A stretch of DNA of 21,858 nucleotides from assembly GCA_046583355.1 (NCBI GenBank), contig JAYGCM010000090.1:1-21858 (forward strand), read 5' to 3'. The notes beneath the pieces were generated by a model that was given only the letters and a program-made list of their open reading frames with translations, was not told where the DNA came from and made no database searches. Of the stretch, positions 8,204 through 15,913 are shown piece after piece (the stretch's first letter is position 1; each line of letters opens with the position of its first letter). This stretch comes from Deltaproteobacteria bacterium (GTDB taxonomy: Bacteria > Desulfobacterota > Binatia > UBA12015). The position numbers were made by a program, and so were the translations under genes.

Positions 8204-10861
8204 GTGCGGAATCGGGAGAAGAGGTGGCTTGCGGCGTGGACCGCGCTGGTCTCGCGCTGGGCGGGCGCGCTGGTCGGCGCCAATCTCGTTCTCAGCCTGA
8301 TTCTGGCGGTTTATGCCGCGCTGAATCTCGGCGTCAATGCCGATAATATGCGCCTGCTGGACCCGGATCTGCCCTTCCAGAAGGCGGCGGCCGCGTTTCA
8401 GCAGGATTTCTCCTCTCTCGACGACTCGCTGCTGATTGTTATCGATGCGAAATCCGGTGTGCTCGCGCAAGCCAGCGCGGATCGCCTGGTCGCCCGGCTC
8501 GCCGAAGAAACCGAGCTCTTCACCGATGTCTTCGAGCCGGGCTCGGGGGGCTTCTTCGAGCGTCACGGGCTGCTCTACCGCTCGCTGGATGAGCTTGAGG
8601 ATTTTGCTGACCAGATGGCGCGCTACCAGCCGATCCTCGCGGAACTCTCGCAGGATCCGAGTCTGGCCAACCTCACCTCTTTATTGCAGCGCGGCTTTGC
8701 CGAGGAGGCTGAGATTGCCGTCGCGCCGGGTGATTTCCAAGGCGTACTCGACCGGATCGGTGAGGCGACCACCGAGGTCTTCGTCCAATATCCGGTGGCG
8801 ATCTCGTGGCAGGACCTGATGCTGGAGGGCTCGGCCCTCGACCTGGGCACGCGCCGGATCGTCATTGCCGAACCGGTACTCGACTTCGGAGCGCTGCTGC
8901 CTGCGGCGTCGGCCATCGCGGCGATTCGCGCGGCAGCGGCGGATCTCTCGCTGGTGCCCGGACGCGGCATCGAGGTGCGCATCACCGGCAATCCGGCGCT
9001 CAGCCTTGACGAGATGGTCGGCCTTTTCTGGGATGTCGGCGTCTCCGGCATCTTCTCTTTTTTCGTGGTTCTGGTCGCGATCTTCATTGCCTTTGGCTCG
9101 TTTCGGCTCGCGCTCGCCGCCGCGGCGACGCTTGTGGTCGGTCTCGTCTGGACGGCGGCCTTCGCCGCGGCGACGGTGGGCGCGATCAATCTCATCTCGA
9201 TTGCGTTTGCGGTGCTCTTCATCGGTCTCGGGGTCGATTTTTCGATTCATCTCGGTCTGCATTTCGTCTTTGGTCTGCGCCGCGGCTTGTCGCTGCATGA
9301 TTCTCTTTTGCGCGCCGGCCATGAGGTCGGAGCCTCGCTTTTGCTTTGCACCTTCACCACGGCGATCGGGTTCTATTCTTTTGTGCCGACCGATTATCTC
9401 GGGGTCGCCGAGCTTGGACTGATCTCGGGCACGGGCATGTTCGTCATCCTGGTACAGACGGTTCTTTTCTTTCCGGCGCTGGCAAATCTCATGCTTGGCG
9501 AGAAGGCATTGGGGACCTTGCTTGAGGGGAGCCGTTTTCGCTTCGTGGTTCCGGCAGCACTCCAGCGTCGTCCGGCGGTGGTGGTGGTCGCGGCCGTATT
9601 GCTCGGCGTACTCGCGCTTTTCGTTCTGCCGCGTGCCCGCTTTGATTCCGATGTGATCGAGATGCGCGACCCGCGCACCGAATCCGTGCAGGCGTTCAAG
9701 GATTTACTCGAAGACCCCCGCACCTCGCCTTGGTATATCGACGCCGTCGCCGAGGATCTGGACGCGGCGCGTCTGCTCGCGGCGCGCTTCGAGGAACTGG
9801 AATTGGTCGAAGACGCGATCACATTAGAGGATTACGTTCCCGCAGAGCAGAGCGAGAAGCACGAGATCCTGGTCGATGTCTCGATGCTCTTTGATTTGCC
9901 CGAGTCCGCCGGGCGCGGGCCAGCGCCTTCGCCGGAAGCGCAGATCGCAGCGTTGCGTCGGCTACAGACTTTGTTGCAAACCAGCCCGGTGGTGGCGGGC
10001 GACTCGGCTCTATCGGCCTCGGCCGCTCGCCTGACCAGCCTGCTCGACGATTTCCTTGTCCAAGTTGACCAAGAGGCTGATGCTCGCATGGCTTTGTTGC
10101 GCTTCGAGGCGATTCTCCTCGGCAGCTTTCCCGCACAATTGGACCGTCTACGCCTGGCGCTTGCGCCGGGCGAGGTCACGCTGGCAAGCCTGCCGGCCGA
10201 GTTGCGCAACCGTATGCTGGCGGCAAACGGCCGCGCGCGCGTGCAGGTTTTTCCCGAGGAAAATCTCGGCGAGGGCGACGCTCGTGAGCGTTTCGTCGAC
10301 GCGGTCCGAGCCATCCAGCCCGACGCGACGGGTGTGGCCGTCAATCTGATCGAGTTCGGTCGCGCCACATCGCGCTCGCTGGTGCAGGCGCTTTCGCTGG
10401 CATTGGTTCTCATCACGCTGCTGCTTCTGTTGATCTGGCGTCGACCGCTCGACACCTGTTTGGTGCTTCTGCCCTTGGTGCTGGCGGGCGCGGTTACGGG
10501 TGGGGCGATGGTTCTGCTCGACCAGCCCTTCAATTTCGCCAACGTCATCGTGCTGCCGCTGCTGCTGGGGATCGGCGTCGATAGCGGCGTCCACCTCGTG
10601 CACCGCGCGCGTGTGGGCGGACCGGGCAAGCCATTGCTTGAATCCGTGACGGCGCAGGCGGTCTTCTGGAGTGCGATCACAACGATCACGAGCTTCGGCA
10701 GTCTCGCGTTCTCGGCGCATCGCGGCATCGCCAGTCTTGGCCTTCTTCTGGTCATAGGGCTCACGATCACCGTGCTCGCCAATCTTCTCGTGCTGCCGGC
10801 GATCGTCACCCTGGTGCAGCGGCGCGGTTATCTGATCCAAACAGATCTATCTCCGGAGTGA
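8204..10861 (+). CDS. hpnN: MMPL/RND family transporter, HpnN-like hopanoid transporter
   Basis: ~885 aa from the GTG at 8204. Motifs FFERHGLLY, QPILAELSQDPSL, ITGNPAL, TM4 LFIGLGVDFSIH, GFYSFVPTDYLGVAELGLISG, DPRTESV, NFANVIVLPLLLGIGVDSGVH, SAHRGIASLG. Adjacent to hpnM and mlaA. The ORF-track start at 7862 would overlap mlaA and is rejected. Confidence 0.9.
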   Translation: MRNREKRWLAAWTALVSRWAGALVGANLVLSLILAVYAALNLGVNADNMRLLDPDLPFQKAAAAFQQDFSSLDDSLLIVIDAKSGVLAQASADRLVARLAEETELFTDVFEPGSGGFFERHGLLYRSLDELEDFADQMARYQPILAELSQDPSLANLTSLLQRGFAEEAEIAVAPGDFQGVLDRIGEATTEVFVQYPVAISWQDLMLEGSALDLGTRRIVIAEPVLDFGALLPAASAIAAIRAAAADLSLVPGRGIEVRITGNPALSLDEMVGLFWDVGVSGIFSFFVVLVAIFIAFGSFRLALAAAATLVVGLVWTAAFAAATVGAINLISIAFAVLFIGLGVDFSIHLGLHFVFGLRRGLSLHDSLLRAGHEVGASLLLCTFTTAIGFYSFVPTDYLGVAELGLISGTGMFVILVQTVLFFPALANLMLGEKALGTLLEGSRFRFVVPAALQRRPAVVVVAAVLLGVLALFVLPRARFDSDVIEMRDPRTESVQAFKDLLEDPRTSPWYIDAVAEDLDAARLLAARFEELELVEDAITLEDYVPAEQSEKHEILVDVSMLFDLPESAGRGPAPSPEAQIAALRRLQTLLQTSPVVAGDSALSASAARLTSLLDDFLVQVDQEADARMALLRFEAILLGSFPAQLDRLRLALAPGEVTLASLPAELRNRMLAANGRARVQVFPEENLGEGDARERFVDAVRAIQPDATGVAVNLIEFGRATSRSLVQALSLALVLITLLLLLIWRRPLDTCLVLLPLVLAGAVTGGAMVLLDQPFNFANVIVLPLLLGIGVDSGVHLVHRARVGGPGKPLLESVTAQAVFWSAITTITSFGSLAFSAHRGIASLGLLLVIGLTITVLANLLVLPAIVTLVQRRGYLIQTDLSPE

Positions 10862-10865
10862 ATTC

Positions 10866-11774
10866 ATGGCAGCGAAGAGCGAAATAACCACGCAGGCCAA
10901 GGGCGCGGGCAAGGGGCCCTCTCGCCAGGGCGGCGAGCGAGCCGAGGGCAAGGGCCGCCGCCGTGAGAGTCTCGCCGACAAGGCGGACCTGCTCGAGCTT
11001 TATGAAAATTCCGTCATGGCACCGGATGAGGATTGTGCCTTCTTCGACGAGCTCTATCGCAAATTGCGCAAAGAACGGCCGCTCGTCCTGCGCGAGGATT
11101 TCTGCGGCACGGCCAAGATCGCGACGGCCTGGTGTGCCGGTGGCAAGAACCGCCGCGCCATCGGTGTCGACCTCGACGCGCCGACGCTCGAATGGGGGCG
11201 CAAGCGCAATGTCGAGCCGGCCGGCCTGGCGGACCGCATTGATCTGATTGTCGCCGATGTGCTGGCGCCGCTGGCAGACAAATCGGATATCACCTGCGCC
11301 AATAACTTCAGTTATTGCATCTTCAAGAAGCGCGAAGAGCTCAAGGCATATCTCCAATCGGCCCTTGCGGGACTGAACGACAAGGGAATGCTCTTCCTGG
11401 AGATCTACGGCGGTAGCGACGCGATGAAGGCGTGCCAAGAGGAGCGCGAACTCGACGATATGCGCTATATCTGGGATCAGCATTCCTTCGACCCGCTGAC
11501 CCACGAGACGCTCTGCTATATTCACTACCACTTCCCCGACGGCTCGAAGATCAAGCGTGCTTTTACCTACGATTGGCGCCTCTGGACAATACCTGAATTG
11601 CGCGACCTTTTGCTTGAGGTCGGCTTCGGCAATGTACGCCTTTATTGGGAAGGGCTCGAAGACGAAGCCGACGAAGATGGTCTCTTCTATGGCAACGGCG
11701 AATACGAGGACGTGACCGGCGTCGAGTTGGAGCAGCAGGAAACCTTCCTGGTCTACGTCGTCGGGCTGAAATAG
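10866..11774 (+). CDS. Class I SAM-dependent methyltransferase, uncharacterised family with LREDFCGT motif I
   Basis: LREDFCGTAKI (variant motif I), AIGVDLD (motif II acidic residue), IVADVL, DITCANNFSY, LNDKGMLFLEIYGG, YIWDQHSFDP, FTYDWRLWTIPEL. Starts after a 4-nt gap following the hpnN stop. Confidence 0.8.
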   Translation: MAAKSEITTQAKGAGKGPSRQGGERAEGKGRRRESLADKADLLELYENSVMAPDEDCAFFDELYRKLRKERPLVLREDFCGTAKIATAWCAGGKNRRAIGVDLDAPTLEWGRKRNVEPAGLADRIDLIVADVLAPLADKSDITCANNFSYCIFKKREELKAYLQSALAGLNDKGMLFLEIYGGSDAMKACQEERELDDMRYIWDQHSFDPLTHETLCYIHYHFPDGSKIKRAFTYDWRLWTIPELRDLLLEVGFGNVRLYWEGLEDEADEDGLFYGNGEYEDVTGVELEQQETFLVYVVGLK

Positions 11775-11796
11775 AAGCCCGGCGGCGCGGCCGGGC
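11769..11796 (-). terminator. Probable intrinsic terminator for otsB (minus strand)
   Basis: GCCCGGC (11777-11783) / GCCGGGC (11790-11796) form a 7-bp GC stem with a 6-nt loop. On the minus strand it is followed by TTCTATTT (complement of 11769-11776). Lies between convergent genes. Confidence 0.5.
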
Positions 11797-11809
11797 CTCC
11801 CGGCGCGGC

Positions 11810-12601
11810 CTATTCGTCGCGTGCGGTGACGCGGTCCAGGAACTCACGGACTTCGTCGGGGTCGCGCAGGCGGAACGAGGCCGCTGTGTCACGACTCTCC
11901 TCGCTGGCGGCGGCCACCACGATGCCGACACCGCGTTCGGCCAGGGCTTGGAAGACGGTCTCGTCTGTCGCATCGTCACCGATATGAATCGGCCGGCGTT
12001 TCTCCCAGCCGAGTTTCTCAAGCAGCCAGAGGACCGCGCGCCCCTTATCCCAATCGACATCCGGGCGCAGTTCCAGGACCATCTTGCCCTGGCTGAGTCG
12101 CAGCCCTTTGGTAGCTGCGGCGACGGTTCTTATGGCCGCTCGGATCTGCTCGGCACCGGCGGCGTCGGCCATCCGATAATGGGCCGCGATGCCAAAGCGC
12201 TTTCTCTCGAGTAGCGCGCCAGGGATGGTCTTGAGGCGCGCGCGGAGTTCGGTCTCGGCCCGGTCGAGCAGGGGCAGGGCATCGGTCGCTACCTCATGGC
12301 GCAGCGCGCTTCCGGCGGGGCCCCGGATATCGAAGCCGTGGCTTCCCACGGCTCCGAGCTGGTCGAGGCCGACCAGGCGGCTCACTTCCTCGCGTTCGCG
12401 GCCGCTGACCAGGACCACAGGTGTCCGCACGGCCAGGGCGCGTAGGGTGGCGCGCATTGCTTCGCTCAGGTGCGCGGCATCGGGGCGGTCGACGATCGGG
12501 GTCAAGGTGCCGTCGTAGTCGAGAAAGAGCGCGAGCTCGCTGCCCGCCGGCGCCAGCGTCGCAACCGCATCGAGCGCCGAGGGGAGGTCCGCGATCTGCA
12601 T
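11810..12601 (-). CDS. otsB: Trehalose-6-phosphate phosphatase (HAD family IIB)
   Basis: FLDYDGTLTPIV (motif I), VSGR, GSHGFDI, ERKRFGIAAHYR, GKMVLELRPDVDWDKGRAV, IGDDATDETVF. ATG at 12601 (MQIADL) preferred over the 12688 ORF start. Confidence 0.92.
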   Translation of the reverse strand: MQIADLPSALDAVATLAPAGSELALFLDYDGTLTPIVDRPDAAHLSEAMRATLRALAVRTPVVLVSGREREEVSRLVGLDQLGAVGSHGFDIRGPAGSALRHEVATDALPLLDRAETELRARLKTIPGALLERKRFGIAAHYRMADAAGAEQIRAAIRTVAAATKGLRLSQGKMVLELRPDVDWDKGRAVLWLLEKLGWEKRRPIHIGDDATDETVFQALAERGVGIVVAAASEESRDTAASFRLRDPDEVREFLDRVTARDE

Positions 12602-12726
12602 GGCATCAGCATGCAAAAGGAGACGCGGGATTGCCAGTACTAACCAATTGGTCCGGCCGGGCCTCGAGTCGGGCGGGCGTGTTTGCATGGCCGAGGCGGG
12701 GCCTCTACGTCGGTGGCAGGAGTTCG

Positions 12727-13593
12727 ATGATGTTCAAGCACGTTATGGATCGCGTCTGGGCCTTTGATTGCGAGTGGGTCCCCGACCCGCTGGCGGGGCG
12801 GCTTCTTTATCCCGAGGTCGCCGACGAGACGGACGACGCAAAGGTAATGGAGGCGATGTGGCGCCATGGCGGCGCGGACGAGGAGAACCCCCGTCCGTTC
12901 CTCAAGATGGCGACCTGCCGGGTCGTCTCGATCGCCGCTGTTGAACGTCGTGTTCTGCCTGCCGGTGGTGGCGTCAAGCTCCAACTGATCTCGTTGCCGC
13001 ATGATGTCAGCGACCGCGAGCAATGCGCGGAGCGGCTCGTGGTGGGGAAGTTTCTGGGTGCGGTCGGTCGTGAACAGCCGCAGCTGGTCGGTTATAATTC
13101 CATCGGGGCCGATCTGAAAATCCTCGTACAACGTGGGCTGATCATCGGCGAGCCGGCTCCTGCTTTTTGCAAGCGGCCCAACAAGCCCTGGGAAGGTGTC
13201 GATTATTTCGCTCGCGGTAGCGACCATAATATCGATATCCAGGATGCCGTCTCCGGCTTCGGGCGCGGCACGCCTTCGCTGCATGAACTCGCCGTGCAAT
13301 CGGGCATTCCGGGCAAGATGGATGTCGCGGGTGATGGCGTCGCGGAGCTCTGGTTGGCCGGCGATATGGAACGCATCGTGGCCTATAACGAGACCGACGC
13401 GCTGACGACCTATCTCGTCTGGCTTCGCTTGGCTTGGTTCGGCGGGCATTTCTCCGACACCAAATACGAGGCCGAGCAGCTGCGGGTACGCGAGCTCATC
13501 CAGACCGAGGCGGCATCGCCGGCCCGTGCCCATCTTCTGGGTTTCCTTACGGAATGGGATCGGCTCCAGGCGCTCATCGCGGTACGCGATTGA
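12727..13593 (+). CDS. Stand-alone PolB-type 3'-5' exonuclease (DnaQ-like DEDDy; DNA_pol_B_exo2/WlaX-like)
   Basis: Exo I FDCEW, Exo II LVGYNSIGADL, Exo III AYNETD, plus SLHELAVQSGIPGK. AGGAG at 12718-12722 precedes ATG 12727/12730. No polymerase domain. Confidence 0.85.
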   Translation: MMFKHVMDRVWAFDCEWVPDPLAGRLLYPEVADETDDAKVMEAMWRHGGADEENPRPFLKMATCRVVSIAAVERRVLPAGGGVKLQLISLPHDVSDREQCAERLVVGKFLGAVGREQPQLVGYNSIGADLKILVQRGLIIGEPAPAFCKRPNKPWEGVDYFARGSDHNIDIQDAVSGFGRGTPSLHELAVQSGIPGKMDVAGDGVAELWLAGDMERIVAYNETDALTTYLVWLRLAWFGGHFSDTKYEAEQLRVRELIQTEAASPARAHLLGFLTEWDRLQALIAVRD

Positions 13594-13647
13594 CCTGGCT
13601 CGGCCGGTAGTACACGACCACGGTAGGGGCTGAGGCCTGCGACCGAT

Positions 13648-13652
13648 GGAGG
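13648..13652 (+). promoter_or_regulatory. Shine-Dalgarno GGAGG for the lipoprotein gene
   Basis: GGAGG lies 7 nt upstream of ATG 13660. Confidence 0.7.
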
Positions 13653-13659
13653 TTGGGCA

Positions 13660-14145
13660 ATGAAGGTTTTGTATACGACGTATTTTGTGATTTTCAGCTT
13701 GCTGGTTGGGGGCTGCTCGATCTCGGCCAGTATCGGCAGCTCGATCGATGGCAGCTCGGCGTCGATATCCAGTCCCTTTGAGTCGAGCTCGGGTTCCTCT
13801 GGCGGACAAGAGGACAACGACGAAACCGACGATAGCGGAGCCCAGCAATCCTATCTGCGGGATATTCGCGACTTCACGGCAGCGCAGCTGCGGCGCACCG
13901 ATAACCTCGATACCTTCCGCAAGGAGCTCTCGCTTGTGGCGAAAAAGCATGGTGTCTCGGATTGGGAAGTGCGCCCGACTACCTGGCTGGGTATCGGCGA
14001 AGGCATTGCGGCATCGGGCTTTCCCGCGACGCAGGCACAAGCGACCATGGATATGCTGGCCGGTGTGCATGCTGCGCGCGGCTCGGCGATGCGGCGTGGG
14101 TATCATAGTGCGCAGGTGGCATCCGGCACTGCTATTTCGAGCTGA
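13660..14145 (+). CDS. Putative lipoprotein with a Ser-rich N-terminal tether and a small helical domain
   Basis: Signal II MKVLYTTYFVIFSLLVGG|C. Mature N-terminus SISASIGSSIDGSSASISSPFESSSGSS, then an acidic linker, then YLRDIRDFT...FRKELSLVAKKHGVSDWE...TWLGIGEG. Strong RBS. Confidence 0.8.
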   Translation: MKVLYTTYFVIFSLLVGGCSISASIGSSIDGSSASISSPFESSSGSSGGQEDNDETDDSGAQQSYLRDIRDFTAAQLRRTDNLDTFRKELSLVAKKHGVSDWEVRPTTWLGIGEGIAASGFPATQAQATMDMLAGVHAARGSAMRRGYHSAQVASGTAISS

Positions 14146-14149
14146 AGGA

Positions 14150-15904
14150 TTGCGCCGCCGGCTGGCGGCGCTTCTGCTCGCCTTTTTGCTCGCGGCGGTG
14201 CCGGCCGAGGCGGCGCTGATCGAATATATTTACGTTGACGGAAATGAGGGGCAGGCCAGTGGCGGCCACGTCGGCATCGCTTTTGGCGGGCAGACCTTTC
14301 ATTTTCAATTCCGCGAGGGTGGCTGGATTCTGCCCACGCGCGACGCCAGCGCCTCCTTCGAGCGCAGCTATCGTGTTCTGGCGAACCGGAATCTGCGCGT
14401 GCACCGCGTCGAGGTGGATGAGGCGACTTGGAGGATGCTTCGCGATGGCTTCAATGCGCGCTATTTTGCCGCCGAGGTCGCGCTCGCGGAACTGGGTCGG
14501 TTGCGCGCGGAACGCGCGGGCCTCGCGTCAGCGCCCACGGAATTGGTCGTGCGCGGCGCGGGTTTCTTTTTTTCCGACGGCGATGCCATGCCGCCGTCCG
14601 TACCTACCTCCGCGCTGGCACGGCTGCGCCGCGGCCCGCCGGGTGCCGGTCGGCCGTCGCCGGGAAGAGCGGCCGATGCCGACGCCCGCGCGGCCGAGCT
14701 GGCTGAGGCGGCCTGGCTGCTGGGCGCCGCCTTGCGCCCGGAGAGTTATTTTCTCGCCGGCGAGGCACCGATGCATCTCAGCGACGCGGCGCGGACGGAG
14801 CTACGGGCTTTGTTGCCGGAGTGGGAGCGCCAGATCCGCGACCTTGGCATCTCCCGCCGCCCGGATGCTGGGGTGGCGCGCCTTCTTGCGATGGCACGTT
14901 ATGCGGTAACTCTGCGATCGTTGGAGACAGGCAACCTGCATATCCTGGATGCCTGGCCGGCCGACGCTGCCTCGATTGAGGTTGCCGAGATCGAAATCCG
15001 CGGCGGACGCTTGGACGAATTGCTCGCCGTGACGCGTGCGGAGTTTGTTGCCGCTCTGGCCCGTCTGGAGGCCGGTCGCCTGCGCGACGAGACCGGCTGG
15101 GGCCGTCTCGAGGATGCCGCCAACCGCTACGAGGAAGTACAGCGTGCTGTGCGTTCGGGGGTGCCTATGCGGCTTGGGGCCGAGCGCCTGGTCCCCGAAC
15201 TCTCGGCGCGTCGCTCTCGCGGGGACGTATCCGTGCCGTCGCCGGCGGCGCGCCGGGCCGCTCTCGCACAGACGGATCAGGCGATTGCGAATCTTCGCGC
15301 CGAGCTCGATATGCAAAGCGCCTACAATCTGATTACCCGCAATTGTGTTTCGGAAATCTTCGGCCTGATCAACGAATTACTCGAGACGCCCGAGGCCGCA
15401 TCCGGGGTGGCGCAGGCGGTAGCGCTCCTGGGCGGGCATATCGCCGGCGATGAGGGACTCGCGTTCGTGCCTTTTGTTTCGGCCGATCTGGTCGCCGAGC
15501 GCTTTCGTGTGGTCGAGACATTGGATTGGCCCTCGCATCGCCAAAAACAGCTGCAGCAGATCTACCAGGAAGAAGGCGGCGGCATAGGGGTCTATCTCCG
15601 TGAGGCCAATACGCTGACCTCGACCCTCTACCGCCGCAACGCAGAGGACTCGATTTTTCTCCTCTTTACGGATGATGTGGTGGCGCTGCGCCCGCTCTAT
15701 GGCATCGTCAACCTGGTCGCTGGGGCCACCGCGGCATTGGCCGGAATTCCGCTCGCGCCCTTCGATGGCGGACGGCTTTTATGGGCCGGAGTACGCGGTG
15801 CCTTCTGGAGTCTGCCCGAGTTGGGCTTCCTGAGCGTCCGTAAGGGGTCCTTCTTCTTCGTTTCAGACGCCGATAGGGTTGGCACGCGCGGCAAAGCACC
15901 ATAG
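14150..15904 (+). CDS. Secreted/membrane-associated protein with a permuted papain-like (DUF4105/Lnb_N- or PPPDE-like) His...Cys catalytic pair split by a large helical insert
   Basis: Signal peptide LRRRLAALLLAFLLAAVPAEA|A from the TTG at 14150 (4-nt gap after the lipoprotein stop). GGHVGI (His codon 14267) and YNLITRNC (Cys codon 15344). C-terminal hydrophobic hairpin LYGIVNLVAGATAALAGIPLAPF...LLWAGVRGAFWSLPELGF. The ORF-track start at 13706 overlaps the lipoprotein and is rejected. Fold call comes from motif pattern only. Confidence 0.7.
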   Translation: MRRRLAALLLAFLLAAVPAEAALIEYIYVDGNEGQASGGHVGIAFGGQTFHFQFREGGWILPTRDASASFERSYRVLANRNLRVHRVEVDEATWRMLRDGFNARYFAAEVALAELGRLRAERAGLASAPTELVVRGAGFFFSDGDAMPPSVPTSALARLRRGPPGAGRPSPGRAADADARAAELAEAAWLLGAALRPESYFLAGEAPMHLSDAARTELRALLPEWERQIRDLGISRRPDAGVARLLAMARYAVTLRSLETGNLHILDAWPADAASIEVAEIEIRGGRLDELLAVTRAEFVAALARLEAGRLRDETGWGRLEDAANRYEEVQRAVRSGVPMRLGAERLVPELSARRSRGDVSVPSPAARRAALAQTDQAIANLRAELDMQSAYNLITRNCVSEIFGLINELLETPEAASGVAQAVALLGGHIAGDEGLAFVPFVSADLVAERFRVVETLDWPSHRQKQLQQIYQEEGGGIGVYLREANTLTSTLYRRNAEDSIFLLFTDDVVALRPLYGIVNLVAGATAALAGIPLAPFDGGRLLWAGVRGAFWSLPELGFLSVRKGSFFFVSDADRVGTRGKAP

Positions 15905-15913
15905 TCTGCATTT

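Noticed and set aside
12421..12726. Upstream extension of the exonuclease ORF (390 aa)
   Set aside because: It overlaps otsB antisense. The RBS and domain start point to ATG 12727/12730.
13590..13640. Possible sigma-70 promoter (TTGACC...TACACG) or hairpin leader upstream of the lipoprotein
   Set aside because: The spacer is only 15 nt and the -10 is poor. The CTCGGCC/GGCTGAG stem is short and expected by chance at this GC content.
12640..14106. 488-aa minus-strand ORF spanning the exonuclease and lipoprotein genes
   Set aside because: Antisense shadow of real genes in high-GC DNA, with no recognisable motifs.
13706..14149. N-terminal extension of the 732-aa ORF overlapping the lipoprotein gene in another frame
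   Set aside because: Arg/Pro-rich off-frame translation. A clean signal peptide begins at TTG 14150, right after the lipoprotein stop.
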